A DNA stretch of 64,000 bases from Macrostomum lignano. Taxonomy: Eukaryota. The stretch is taken from assembly GCA_002269645.1 (NCBI GenBank), contig NIVC01000340.1, positions 62,001 to 126,000 on the forward strand. Reading direction: 5' to 3'. Positions 12,906-24,941 of this stretch are shown piece by piece. How positions within the stretch are numbered: position 1 is the first letter of the stretch; the number at the start of each line of letters is the position of its first letter. Made by a program: the position numbers and the translations under genes. The notes under the pieces were generated by a model. That model saw only the letters and a list, made by a program, of their open reading frames with translations, made no database searches and was not told the DNA's origin.

Positions 12906-15452
12906 TGCCCTGACAAAGAATTTACCTAATTTGAAATATCGGCAACTTAAATCAACTTGACTTGTTTGTCCTTTTTACATGTACCGCGTCCATGCCTGAG
13001 ATTGGAGGCGCCTTCCTCTCTCTCTCTCTCTCTCTCTTCTCTGTCTTTCTCTCTTATCTCTCCCCTTTCCATTCTCCTCTTTCCTCTCCTCTCTCCTCAC
13101 TCACTTCTCTACCTTTGTCTCTCCTCTCTCCTCTTGTCTCTGTAACCTCTCCTCTGTTCTCTCTACTCTCCCATCTTTTATCTGTTCACTCTCATCTCTG
13201 CTCTCTCATCCCCTCTTTAATATCGCATCTATGTCTTATATGTTCTCTCACCTCTCTCCTCTGTACTCTTTTCTTTCCCCTCTTTTGACTACTCACTTTC
13301 CTTTCTCCTTTCTTCTTTTCTCTTCTCTTCCCTTTTCTATACTCTGTCTCCCTCTCTTCTCTCACTCCACTCTCCTCTCTCCATTATCTCTCATCTCTCA
13401 TCTCTCTTTCCACCTCTCATCTCTACAACCTTAGAGATGTAGAGATGTATCTTTATCTCTTCTCTCTTCCCTTCACTCTCTCATCTCTTCTTTCACCTGT
13501 TTCCTCTCTGCTCTCCTCTCTGCTATCTCCTCTCACCTCTCATCTGCAGCTCTCTGCTCTTTCATCTCTACTCTCTCCTCTTGCTTTTCCTCTCTCCCCT
13601 CTTTTCTCCCTCTCCCTCTCTCATCGTCCTCACCCCTTCATCTCTCCTATTATCTTTTATCTTTTCTTTTATCCCCTCTGTTGCCTCTCCTCGAATCGTC
13701 TATTCCTTCTTCTTTCCACTTTCATCTGCCCTTCAGCTATGAGCTAGATTCTTTATCTGGACTTTGAGGTAAAAGTCTGCCCATCCCTGCTTGGAAAGCC
13801 AGTTTGTGGGACATAGTACTCTCATGGTTGTTCTCATGCTTTGATCATGTCATCTTTCTTGCCAATTTGCAGCCCTGAAAGGAATTTGTGTATTTTCAGC
13901 TCCACTGCAGTCTGCATCAGTCTAACAACCAAGGAAATATGCATTTCTTAGGAGGTCATTTAATATTTACATAGTACCTTTAAACGAAACCTAAAATTTC
14001 TATGGTATGCCTAATTTAGTAGGGTTGTATTGCATTGCATCGCATCGCCTTTTCATAAATCTTTCGCTTTTACAAACCATGCTGGATAGTGGATTCCCTC
14101 GATTTGCCAATTGCCAATTGCCATCCACTGTTAAACTACTGCAGAGTTTGCCAATACAGAGCTAGGACAGTGGTTAGAATTTCTCACTAAATTGTTATGG
14201 CTAAATGTAGCCTTTCCACTCTCGGGGTGCAGAGAAGGCTATAAATAAAATTATTCCAAAACACTGTACATTTGCTATGTACATTCAGTCCTATCGCCTG
14301 ACCCTTCGTCTGGCTCTGGGGGAATGAGTGAGTGAATGGCACAAACAACAGAAAAAGCAGACAAATATCACATGCTTACAGTTTCTTTTTCAGTTGAGTT
14401 ACAGAGTTGAAACTTTACATTTAGATAGAGAATGGGTTAATGAAGAACTGTGTCAGGTTTGACATAAATTGCTTTACGTGGAGCAAACTTATGGCAGCTG
14501 AAATTTAGTCAATTTTGAAACCCTTTTACACATCTGGGCCCAGATCGGGAAAGAGAGGCAGGCGGGCGGAGGTTGGGGTGGTTGCTACACTGAAAAAAAC
14601 AGCCTAACTTTAAAAGTGCATAGCACCGCTTAGGATTAACTTTGAAACTCGAAATTTTACATGATTGTGCCAAAATTTAAGTTTAAATTTAAGTTGTGCC
14701 AAGTTTAAGATTATCTATGTCAAATTTGAAGAAAATCGATAGAAGTGGAGCGGCGCTATGGAGGATCTAGTGAAAAAAATTGCGCATTTTGAGCAGTTTT
14801 TTGTACTTTTAGGTAGGAAGACTTGAGTCTAGGAAATTTAAAGGTAGCCAAAGACATTCTCCGTAATAAGTTTGGTGTAATTTGGTTGAGCGGTTTTGAA
14901 GTCCATAGCGAAGTAATTTGTCCACAGACAGACAGACAAACAGAGTTTTGATTTTTATAGGTAGAGATAGGTAGTGACTCAAGTCTGGATTGATATATTA
15001 TTATATTATATATATATATATATTTATAATATTATAAGTTATTATTAAACTTGTTATTTATCTACTAGTTGAATCAGCTTTAGAAACTATCTAACTACTA
15101 AAAAATTTCTCAATAGTTTTAAGTATGAAAAATAGGGCCAAGTATTAGGCCTAGACTTTCAAGTATCAAGTCAAATAGGGCCTACTCATGACATTACATT
15201 TACACAAAGACTAAATTCTAGGCTTAAAAATATTAAATTATTAGGTTCTTTAACCTACATTGTCAAAGGCTGTGTTAATGCAGAACATTGCAAAAGCTTT
15301 TTAGCTTGATTTGGCCGATTACACCTATGGAAACATGTTGCTAATATATATGCACTTGATTCAGTTTTATCTTGTGCATAAAGATGTTCAGCAAGAAACA
15401 ATGCATTATCATAGCAAAAGAAATTCAGATTCTTCCAAATTAAGGATTCCAT
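4221..15452 (-). CDS. CDC27: Cell division cycle 27 / anaphase-promoting complex subunit 3 (TPR protein), 7 exons, about 838 aa
   Basis: Exons 15452-15259, 10177-9805, 9001-8839, 8301-7790, 6750-6208, 5466-4996, 4481-4221. All introns are GT-AG with consistent phases, total 2517 nt. Motifs match CDC27: IWKNLNFFCYDNALFLAEHLYA, NPYLWTCYEALCSLGEAPDP, YSSTLWYLQKE, PWCAAGNCFSLQREHE, AYNAWYG, KESRVFFLLGRVYK, FNWAMDLDPRG. The start codon could instead be 15491. Confidence 0.93.
5630..6120. repeat. CDC27 intron-5 minisatellite, 33-34-bp unit GGGGTATTCCTATATCAGGGAATCTGGAGCTAC
   Basis: Tandem copies seen directly. Confidence 0.95.
6820..7700. repeat. CDC27 intron-4 compound minisatellite, 19-27-bp units with core (T/C)TACCTGTAA
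   Basis: Two sub-arrays (TCTCTGTCAATCTACCTGTAA type and GCCGTAATTCTACCTGTAATA type). Confidence 0.92.
8405..8785. repeat. CDC27 intron-3 minisatellite, 42-bp unit
   Basis: AGAGTGTCGAATTCAGGGACTCCAGTCCAGATTTTTTGTTCA repeated about 8 times. Confidence 0.95.
9412..9716. repeat. CDC27 intron-2 minisatellite, 46-bp unit
   Basis: CTCATCTACTCTACTTAGTGGTCCATGAACCATAAAATACAGAACA about 6.5 times; degenerate relatives at about 9110-9240 and 9745-9770. Confidence 0.95.
10680..11330 (+). mobile_element. Decayed CACTA/CMC-EnSpm transposase fragment in CDC27 intron 1
   Basis: Frame-broken motifs in the expected order: V-N-M-D...YKSSKFQIWPI (about 10845-10897; family NIDGLPLxKSSxxQxWPI), VYDALARAFICKVMGHNS (11069; family CDAPARAF..GH), LYLHEFVTQYSNLSHFSIFPFENYL (family LHLxDxVxxFGxLxxFSAFPFENYL). 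Confidence 0.75.
12500..13740. repeat. Long imperfect CT-rich low-complexity tract with a perfect (CT)n core at about 12820-12902
   Basis: Seen directly; it produces the Leu/Ser pseudo-ORFs. Confidence 0.95.
14560..14968 (+). mobile_element. DINE-1/HINE-like (Helitron/Helentron-associated) non-autonomous element
   Basis: AAGTTTGGTGTAATTTGGTTGAGCGGTTTTGA core followed by a (CAGA)n microsatellite and a ...TTTTTATAGGTAGAGAT end, the usual layout of these elements. A similar core lies in reverse orientation at about 61385-61445. Confidence 0.5.
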
Positions 15453-15711
15453 TGTACCATTGTCAGTAAAAAAAATTCCACAAGGGGCCATGACTAATCT
15501 AGGCCTATTAAAAAGCACAACTTTATTTTAAGCTTAATCTTAGGACTGAGCAGGCCTAATCACAAATAGCTAACTTAAATTAAGCCTCTCGTTCAGCCTA
15601 TTTATTATATTATTATGCAGAAAGAAATTCCATTAGCGGCAGTTTCTGTACAAAATCTAGTTCAGCAATTAGCTACCAGGCTATACAAAATAAAGTAGGT
15701 GAGACAACACG

Positions 15712-16925
15712 GCTTCAAGTCACTTCGGCGAAAAGACATTTCGGCGAAAGGCAGTTCGGCGAAAGGACATTTCGGCGAAGCCATTTCGGCGAAAGGTTTT
15801 GCTTGACTCGCTTGATTGCATACATTCGTTATGCATTCCTTTCCTGACTAGGCCTACGAGCTGAATGCATTTGTTTAAGTGAAGTAAAATGTTTGATATT
15901 AAATTTCAACTTGTAATATGTACAATAATTTATATCCATTTCTACACATTTCTCCTGCTATAATACGTATGAGTGCATGGGTGAGAGTCGAGACACTGGA
16001 CAAAATGATGCATGTTCACCGATTAGTAACACCATGCAAAGGCACTGGGTCTTCCGTACATCTTACTGGGGACAGAGTAAGGAATGCACACATGTAAGCA
16101 ATGTACATAATTGACAAATACAGAGGTTAACGTTCATATTGCACAATGCAATGCCAAGGGCAAGGAATACCGTGTGTGCGAATGACACGTTGTGCTCTGC
16201 CTGGATTTCAGTGAACAGCCAATCATGTTGCATATTGCACAAATGCACAAAGGCAAGGAACACCAATATGTGCAAATGACACACATACATGTATAAGACA
16301 CGGATATCGCGTATATTGAATATACAAATATCAAAGGCTTCGACTTCTCATTATTCCCTGAGTCTTCTCTTCGTGGCTGCGCATTCCATTATACCCAGGC
16401 TGTGTGGCGGCATGTTCAGGCCATTGGACTCCAACAGGCATAACCCGCACACAGAGCTTCTGTCGTAAGCTCATGGGTTTGCCATTCCTGCCAGCTGGTG
16501 GAAACATCGCACGAGCATTCTATGAGCTGCGTGCAAGTGTGGATTCGGAGCGACTGCAGCAGTTGTGTGACTATGTGCAGTCAACTTGGATCCGAAGCAG
16601 CATCTGGACCACCGCGGAGCTATCGGTCTATCGTCATGCGATACGCACTAACAACGATACAGAGGGCTGGCACCGCAAGCTGAACCACCGAGCGCAGCGT
16701 GGCCAGCTCCAGTTCTACCTGCTTCTGAAGCTGCTGCACGACGAAGGGCGACCTGTCACTGTTGAGGTGCAGCTGCTTGCCCAGGGAGGAGTTCGACGCC
16801 TGCAGCGGGTGGACATCCGCCGCCGACAGGAACAGTTCGTGCGGTTTTGGAATGAGTACGACAACGATACGCGCACAGCCCAGCAGCTCCTTGGGGCCTG
16901 CGGCTGTCTGAATGCGCCTGCTTGA
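15712..16925 (+). mobile_element. Decayed Mutator-like (MULE) element: terminal TTCGGCGAAA repeats plus a transposase C-terminal fragment
   Basis: Five (T)TCGGCGAA repeats at 15724-15795. LRGCAFHYTQAVWRHVQ (CxxH motif, about 16369) is broken by a stop/frameshift before FCRKLMGLPFLP...IRTNNDTEGWHRKLN, which carries the catalytic Glu motif. Linking the repeats to the transposase is inference. Confidence 0.75.
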
Positions 16926-17043
16926 AATAGAACATGCCAACTGCAATCAAAGTATGGAATCTCCATTTTATATATTGTAATTTTCTCTTTGTATTTTTGT
17001 ATGCTCTAACTTACCTTTCAAATGATATTGAACTTGCACTTTC

Positions 17044-17500
17044 TTGGAGAAAAGTGATACTGACGACGATTGTCGGAGGCACCAGGCATTTTTTTCAAAG
17101 CAGAAAGAAGCGAGGAATTCTTTCTCTACCTCGCACCTAGCTAGCTCTCTACCTAGAAAATCAACTACCTCGCACTTAAGGACCTTCGTGAAGGCGCTGA
17201 GTAAAGAAGTCCAGCTGCCGAAGGAATACACAAATCAGCATCGCGTTGAGTTAGTGGGTCGATGAAAGTATATGTGACTTTTCCGATGTGCTTGTTTGTA
17301 TGATTGAAAATAATTTGAATTTCCCTGGTCTTGTTTCCTGCTCCGTTCTAGACTAGAGTTGGCAGGGTGTGCGACCTGGAATCGGAAGGGCATTCAATGA
17401 GCGAGATCATGGCTATTATGGGTCAAAAGTCCGAGAGCACCGTCCCGCGCTACCTGGAGATGAAACGGGACAAGCCCTTGCAAAAATGCAGTGTCGCGTG
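17044..17500 (+). pseudogene. Possible Crypton-type tyrosine recombinase C-terminal relic
   Basis: LSKEVQLPKEYTNQH (cf. ISxxAGLSxxYTNHSxR), a putative intron at about 17250-17351, then CDLESEGHSMSEIMAIMGQKSESTVPRYL (cf. IMAxTGHKSxxSxxxY with the catalytic Tyr). Confidence 0.5.
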
Positions 17501-18964
17501 CTCTGAATATAGGAGAAAACGCACCGATCGCCCACGGTCATTGAAACAAATGCCTGCCGATATCAGCATCCTGATATTGAATTTGAATCTCGGCTTGGCT
17601 CTGCTCGTGCAATTAACGGCCTTGAGAGCCAACCCCCCAAGGCGCAGTGAAGTGTACATGCCTAGCGATAAAATAAAGTTAGGGCCGCTGTACACTCCTG
17701 TGTGAGTGTGTGCCTGCGTACGTATCCGCGCGCTTGTGTGCCTGCTCAGGGAAGTCGGCGGAATGGGCAAGTAATGCCTCTCGCCGGTTGTGTGTTGATG
17801 TCGCTTAAAGTGCGCCAGGGTGCACACAACCCCCCTGCCTCTAATAAAAAAACAAAAACAGTGACAGATCCTAATACAAGGATCAAATTAAAAAACCCGT
17901 CACTTTCTGAAGTCAAAACTTGAATCTTTAAAACTCCCTGTCAAATGCATTCTGAAGCGGCTATAGTACGTTGCACCGGTCCATATGGCCGCCATATAAG
18001 TCATTCGCACCTTCAAATCGCAGTTAAAACAGGATTAATTTGCATCAGCTTCAGGCACCCTACGGCGGGGGCAGGCGCGCACTGCCTTCTGGCTGACGCC
18101 GGCGCCCCGGATTCGGCCGGTGGCGTGGCGTTCATTCGCGACATGGCCTTGAAGCGCGCCCTGTGACGCTAACAGTGTATTCTCTTGTTGCTGTTGATCC
18201 GAGCTGCGCCTGTGAATACATTTATTAGCATTTCGAGAACAACGAGAAAGAACTTTTCTTGCAGCCGTTGACCCACACCCTTCAGAACAAACAGCTCTCT
18301 GTCTGTTGTCGTGAAGGTGCGCTCCCTCTGACAGGCTGCAGATATGGTCGATCTATGGTAAGGTAAGCGCCGCTCACTAAGCCGTCTGGGCCGGAAAAAC
18401 ATGGCAAAGGGCCATTCAGCCTAATTAGTTTTTCTTCACAACAAGAGTAGCCATATTATAGAATGAATTTCTTGTGCAAGAAATTTTCTCAATGTGGGGC
18501 TATAGTAGGGCTTAATATTTCGCAATATACTTTTAGTAGCGTTGGTTTTGCATATTAATCCCCCAGCTAATCACCGAATTTCTATGCTTTTGTTTGAATG
18601 TTACACTGTACCTCTTTTGTTTTATTTTTTTCTTTGTTATAATTTTCCGTATATTTAATTTAATTGTGCCAACACCAATAGCGGCCCGCTTATGATCCAT
18701 CCAAAAATTCTATATGAAGGCGCTAGCTCAAGCCAAATAGCTAGACCAGAACTCTTAACTTTTTCGATGAGCTCGAGTTTCTTTAACAATTTGCATAGGC
18801 GGTAGGAACGGGGGGACAGTGGGGTCATGCCCCCCAACTTTTTAAAATGGGGGGGCAGTATTAGTATCTAGCCCCTCCACATTTTAAGTTAAAAATGTAG
18901 ACTTTCTGCTTATTTTTGATTTTTGCAGCTTTGAATGAATGCATTTTGCTGCAGGGCGACAAAA

Positions 18965-19690
18965 CATAGCGCCTGCAGCGCCAAAATGAGTGCCTGCAGC
19001 GCCAAAATGAGTACCTGCAGCGCCAAAATGAGTGCCTGCAGCACCAAAATGAGTGCCTGCAGCGCCAAAATGAGTGCCTGCAGCGCCAAAATGAGTGCCT
19101 GCAGCGCCAAAATGAGTACCTGCGGCGCCAAAATGAGTGCCTGCAGCGCCAAAATGAGTGCCTGCAGCGCCAAAATGAGTGCCTGCAGCGCCAAAATGAG
19201 TACCTGCGGCGCCAAAATGAGTGCCTGCAGCGCCAAAATGAGTGCCTGCAGCGCCAAAATGAGTGCCTGCAGCGCCAAAATGAGTACCTGCGGCGCCAAA
19301 ATGAGTGCCTGCAGCGCCAAAATGAGTGCCTGCAGCGCCAAAATGAGTACCTGCGGCGCCAAAATGAGTGCCTGCAGCGCCAAAATGAGTGCCTGCAGCG
19401 CCAAAATGAGTGCCTGCAGCGCCAAAATGAGTACCTGCGGCGCCAAAATGAGTGCCTGCAGCGCCAAAATGAGTGCCTGCAGCGCCAAAATGAGTACCTG
19501 CGGCGCCAAAATGAGTGCCTGCGCGCCAAAATGAGTGCCTGCAGCGCCAAAATGAGTACCTGCGGCGCCAAAATGAGTACCTGCGGCGCCAAAATGAGTG
19601 CCTGCAGCGCCAAAATGAGTGCCTGCAGCGCCAAAATGAGTGCCTGCGGCGCCAAAATGAGTACCTGCGGCGCCAAAATGAGTGCCTGCC
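18965..19690. repeat. Minisatellite, 21-bp unit GCCTGCAGCGCCAAAATGAGT; reverse-strand relative of the 141-1113 array
   Basis: Reverse complement ACTCATTTTGGCGCTGCAGGC versus ACTCAATTTAGCGCCGCAGGC. Confidence 0.95.
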
Positions 19691-20696
19691 CGGCATTGCG
19701 GCGCTTTATAAAGACCATAGAGACCCTGAGTAGGAATCTGCATGAAATAGGGAGTTATCGAGGTCGTAGAGACCCAGAATAGGGAGCAAGAAGCCGTGAA
19801 AGCTCGGTTAGCACTAAGAGTCAAAGTAGTATTATATTTTAGGCATTTGGATAAGGCAGTAGGCTTCAAGTGTTACGAAAATTGACAGTTAAGCGCAAAG
19901 GAGGAGAACAAATCATAATTGACATTTAGTTATTTTAGCAGTTGTGATTTTTGAGTTTGTTGTTAAACGGGGGTGGGAAGCTTGGCTACCCGCGGATCAG
20001 CCCTGGGAGGGGCTCTGCCGCAGAGGGGCACTACCAGGGGCCCAGACATTAGTAGTACAGGGCCCGAGATACCCCGAGACATGGAATTGGGCCCCAGCTT
20101 AAGCTAGGGAAAGAGCGAGGGACTTCAAGCCTACGGTACAAGACACCGCCAACCCAACAGTGGAATCAGGGACGGTGCTAGGACCGAGTCCACCCAGGCT
20201 ACCCCCAGCAGACAGGTCCTCGGGAGTGCGCGAAAAACAGAATTGGATTTTTACTGAAAAGCCGTCCAAGAGCGGGAAACCCAGAAGTCTTGGAAAGGGC
20301 TAACTATTGGAGTGAGTCTGGAAGGCTTGTTTCCGAGGGGAAGACTCCAGGCGGACATAGCTACACCTCTATTGCTACAACCCCAAGGGCATCGCCTATC
20401 CAGCTCATAATTGGGGGCCAGGCCAAGGGCCTGAGTTTCGCGTTTATGAAAAAAAGATGATTTAGCGGTTGTGAAATTTTGCGTTAGTGAAAGCAACCTC
20501 TTAATAAGGAACCTTGCAAAGCACTCAAAAATAGGACAATTGCCAGTTATAAGTAAATAACCAGAAATTGTGCCCTGGACCCCCGATATGGTACAATCCA
20601 GAGCTCTTTAATTAATGTATAAAAGTTTAACAACAAAAGGTATTCGCCTCGGATGGTTTCCAAAAAAATTTCGCAAGTTCTGTATGAGCGGTAAAT

Positions 20697-22474
20697 ATGG
20701 CTCACCGTGAGCTCGCAGCTCACAGCGCATCGCTGTCATCAGCCATGAGAACTGCCGGGTTTCGCTCAACCAACGCAGCGGTGCAGAGCGGCTTCGCAAT
20801 GGCAGCTGAGGACCTGCTCCGACTGCTGGCTAAAAGTTTACACATCTTCGGCAGCTACGCTGACGGCTGGGGCGCCAACCTTTTCTGCATCGATGGAAGC
20901 GTCGCTCCAGATTCCGACATCGACGTGACGTACATCATGACAGACGCGAGCCAGCAAATCCACATTCACCAGCAAGTCGCTGACGGCCAGCAGGCCGGAT
21001 TTCGACGCAACGGCTGCGAGCAGATCGAGCCTGCGGAGTATGAGGACGGGCACGTCAAGGCACACGTTCGCAGTAAGGAAATTCTCGTTATAATGGCATA
21101 CTAATTTATCCAAAATTACACACAGAAACGTAATTTATCATCTACACGTGTCCTCAAAATGCAGTTTTAGCACCGAATATCGCATTCGAAGAGTCGGAGC
21201 TGATGCCTGCAATTGATCTGATTTTGGCGCATTCCTGCTGCCGCTACCCTCACATCGAGCTGTTGGAGCCCGGATACAGGACTTGCATGTCCGATGACAT
21301 CATGAGAGCGCTGAGAGAAGAGGTGCTGGGCGAGTCGCCAAGGTGCCACGCTGTCAGCAGTGCGCCGCCCGGTCTGGAGGGCAGCCGACTTCGAGTGAGC
21401 ACAACCCTGCTGGAAAGGTCCGTCATGCACAATCTTACCAGCGTGCAGGGCCAGTTCTTCATCCTCGTCAAGTTCCTCATCAAGAGGGTGATCAGCAGCC
21501 GAGTGAGCGGTCTGAAGACGTACGTTGGCAAAAACTTGCTGTTCTACATGCTTGACGAGACACCGGCGAAAGACTGGAACCCGGACAACCTGCTGGCGCT
21601 GGTGCAGCAGTCATTGGACATTCTCGTGGCAATGATGGAGAGCTCAGACTCCGAGGACGTCTGCATGAGACATTTTTTCTTGCGTGACGCCCGTGTTTTC
21701 CTCAAGCGAGACCACGACTCAAAATCGAGGATTGTAGCAGCCGTCCGTCAGTCAGCAGACAACCTGCTCAGCGACCTGAAACCGTTCACTGAGTCTCTGC
21801 CTAAATTTTCTGTCAACGTGATTCTCCTTTCGTTTCTTTCTTACTACATTCTATCAGTAGAGTTACTGGAATGCAGTGATTTCAGCTTTACGAAGCACGT
21901 TTCCACAATGAACACGGCAACTGAGCTTTGTTTAAGCATCAGGAGTGAAGCTCCGGTCGGGTCTCGGTCTGGCAGATTGACTCAGCTTTTGTTGGACGTC
22001 GAGCGTCAGATTCCAGACACCGCTCAGGTCGGCAAAGCCTACATCAGAGCCGCTGCCCTCTTCAAAATGGGTCAGCTTGTCACACCCGAGCTGGAGGGCG
22101 ACCCAGCAGGTGCGTCGCTGGGCTATATTCGGTGTCCCGAGGATGATGACAACTCGCTGACGGTGGCTTCGGCCAAGTCGCTAGCTGTGGACAAGCTTGT
22201 CAAGACTCGCTGCTTGGGTGTCACAGCGGCAAACGGCCAAATAGTGGACTGCCCGAAGCTGGTAAATGAATTCGGACCGGTTGTGTCTTTGATTGAGAAG
22301 CACCTGTGCGGCTTCAAAGTGACGAAGCAGCAAGTGCTTTTAGCTTCAGCTTCCGGCTCCCGATGCGCAAAAATCTACTTGAATAATGTGAGCACACAAG
22401 AGATCTGGAATTGTTTGGTTATTGGGAAAGGAAATGACCTCGGTTCACTCCCCAGAGCACTCAAGTCGTGTTAA
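20697..22474 (+). CDS. Mab-21 domain / cGAS-like receptor (cGLR) nucleotidyltransferase, 2 exons, about 559 aa
   Basis: Exon 1 20697-21072 (donor A|GTAAGG); exon 2 from 21171 (or in-frame 21165) to TAA at 22474, phase 1. NTase signature IFGSYADGW...SDIDV, third acid in PAIDLIL, and Mab-21 helical-lobe motifs LKTYVGKNLLFY and MRHFFL. Confidence 0.8.
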
Positions 22475-23599
22475 GTTGTTAAGCAAAAATGAAATAAAAA
22501 CTAGCGCTGCAGCCATCAGAATTTGAAATGCAGCGTATTTTATGTTGAGTGTCCTTGGTCTTCTGGACTCTCACACCACTATAGCTTGATAATCACTTTT
22601 GATTATCAACGCGAGAGCCAAATAACTGACTTTACTTGATAAAACAACAGTCTCGCAATGGTCAATAATTTCGATAGTGCATATCCTTTTTCATTGGGTG
22701 GTGACCTCAGCTTTTGCTAGTTGGAGCATTTATTGGTTGGTAAAACATTCAGATTGGATGGAAGTGTTTCAGAGCCAAAATGTTTCACTTCAAATGCAGG
22801 TGCCCATGAGCATGCAAATTTGCACCTGGCTTGCATATGTATGATTTATTAGCAGTTTGATGCAATTAGCCTCAAAATATATGGCTAAATCTAGACAAGT
22901 GCTTGGATGCCAGAGATTTGCGCAATAGGTTTACAAATCCAATTTTCACTGTTCCAAATCGAGCACAAAATACCATTTATATGATCCGTTCGCCGCTTTA
23001 AGGCATCCGAGTACAACTCAAGGAGCGCTATACTGGCCAGCCGGCTACGTTATCTGGATAGTTTTAGGCAGATCAGTGCTGAAACACAAACCGGTCGGCT
23101 GCAAGACGCTCAAGACGAAAGAGGGGACAAGCAAGGAGGAGACCCAGACGATGAGTCACAGGACAATTCGAATGACAAGAATGCCCAAAAATGAAACTGT
23201 GTATAGATTCAGACTCTGCATTATTCTGCTGCAAAGCCCTTCACCCTATATATTTATCCACAGCAAGCTAATATTCTAGAAATATTCATTTTTTCAAATT
23301 TAAGATTTTTTTGTCAAAATATCAGTTCAAAAGTTGTTGTAAAATGTTCACTTTATCTTAATTATTTCGATTGTTGCTTGGCACCCCACACTGTCTTCAT
23401 AATGACATGTAATTCTTGTAAACAATTCAAGAATTAGTTTCTTGAATTGTTTACGCGCGAGTGCATATTCGTTTTAAACTTTGTCACCTAGCAATTGTAT
23501 ATAAAATACCAAGGCGTCTAAATGAAAATCAAGTATATTAGCCGGTGGGTCTGATTAATTTTGATTGAAGGGTAACCGCAAACCTGAAGGGTGCCAACA

Positions 23600-24232
23600 C
23601 TTGGTGTCTTGGTAGGCGCCACTGTCTCTTGGTGGGTGCCACTGTCTTTTGGCGGGTGCCACTGTCTCTTGGTGGGTGCCACTGTCTCTTGGTGGGCGCC
23701 ACTGTCTCTTGGTGGGTGCCACAGTCTCTTCGTGGGCGCCACTGTCTCTTGGTGGGTGCCACTGTCTCTTGGTGAGTGCCACTGTCTCTTGGTTGGTGTC
23801 ACCGTCTCTTGGTGAGTGCCACTGTCTCTTGGTGGGCGCCACTGTCTCTTGGTTGGCGCCACTGTCTCTTCGTGGGTGCCACTGTCTCTTGGTGGGTGTC
23901 ACCGTCTCTTGGTGAGTGCCACTGTCTCTTGGTGGGCGCCACTGTCTCTTGGTTGGCGCCACTGTCTCTTCGTGGGTGCCACTGTCTCTTGGTGGGCGCC
24001 ACTGTGTCTTGGTGGGCGCCACTGTCTCTTGGTGGGCGCCACTGTCTCTTCGTGGGTGCCACTGTCTCTTGGTGGGCACCACTGTCTCTTGGTGGGCACC
24101 ACTGTCTCTTGGTGGGTGCCACTGTCTCTTGGTGGGCGCCACTGTCTCTTGGTGGGTGCCACTGTCTCTTGGTGGGCGCCACCGTCTCTTGGTGGGTGCC
24201 ACTGTCTCTTGGTGGGTGCCACTATCTCTTCG
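23600..24232. repeat. Minisatellite, 20-bp unit GCCACTGTCTCTTGGTGGG(T/C), followed by (CAGA)n at about 24277-24335
   Basis: Seen directly. Confidence 0.95.
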
Positions 24233-24941
24233 TGGATGTCATAACAGACTGTCATGACAGACACTCTCCTCTATGTCAGACAGACAGACAGACAGACAGA
24301 CAGATCACAGACAGACAGACAGACAGACAGACAGGACAGAGATAGATAGATAGGTATCCCACCATCGCCACCCTCCCAGATCCCCTGCATCTCTAACTGC
24401 AGGAACCTGTGTCGAGCTCCATTTAAAAAGAGCTGAATTCTGTTACTGTTACAGCCTACAAGAAGACAATAACGGAACTGCACATTGCAGCTCAACAATG
24501 GAGTTTCTATCTAAACAGGTAATGAGCTGGAACTGCTGCCTGTTCTCTGAGAGCTGGAAACGAATTCAAAGCATCGCAGCTTCAAACGCCTCGTGGATGA
24601 GCAATTTTTCATAATAGCCAAACATCTCCACAGCTTCGTCAGTGGCGCAAGCATTTCTTTGCAGAAATTTGCAAGCGCGACAGAGCAGAAAAAGACAAAT
24701 GAAGCTATCGGTCCCAGTTTGGAAGCCTTTTTGTCGGGGGTTTTAATGGGACACAATCGGCATTCAGATTCACAATGAAAAGCTTTCAGTTGCATTTATC
24801 CCTATGTATAAATACAAGTCAATTTTGCAGGGGAAAACTCGCTTGCGAGGTGCGAACACAGCTCATAAGATCTCCAATCGGTATCCTCTCGATATTGGCA
24901 ACCCAATATAAAGCTCTGACAGTCATCAATAAAATTACAGA

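Noticed and set aside
18861-19869. Overlapping 200-320 aa ORFs on both strands
   Set aside because: Translations of the 21-bp array, open in nearly all frames.
19975-20420. Several CAGGG-type terminus-like sequences
   Set aside because: No paired TIRs or TSD could be established.
24511-24795. Short ORFs upstream of the FReD gene
   Set aside because: No motif and no consistent splice link to 24942.
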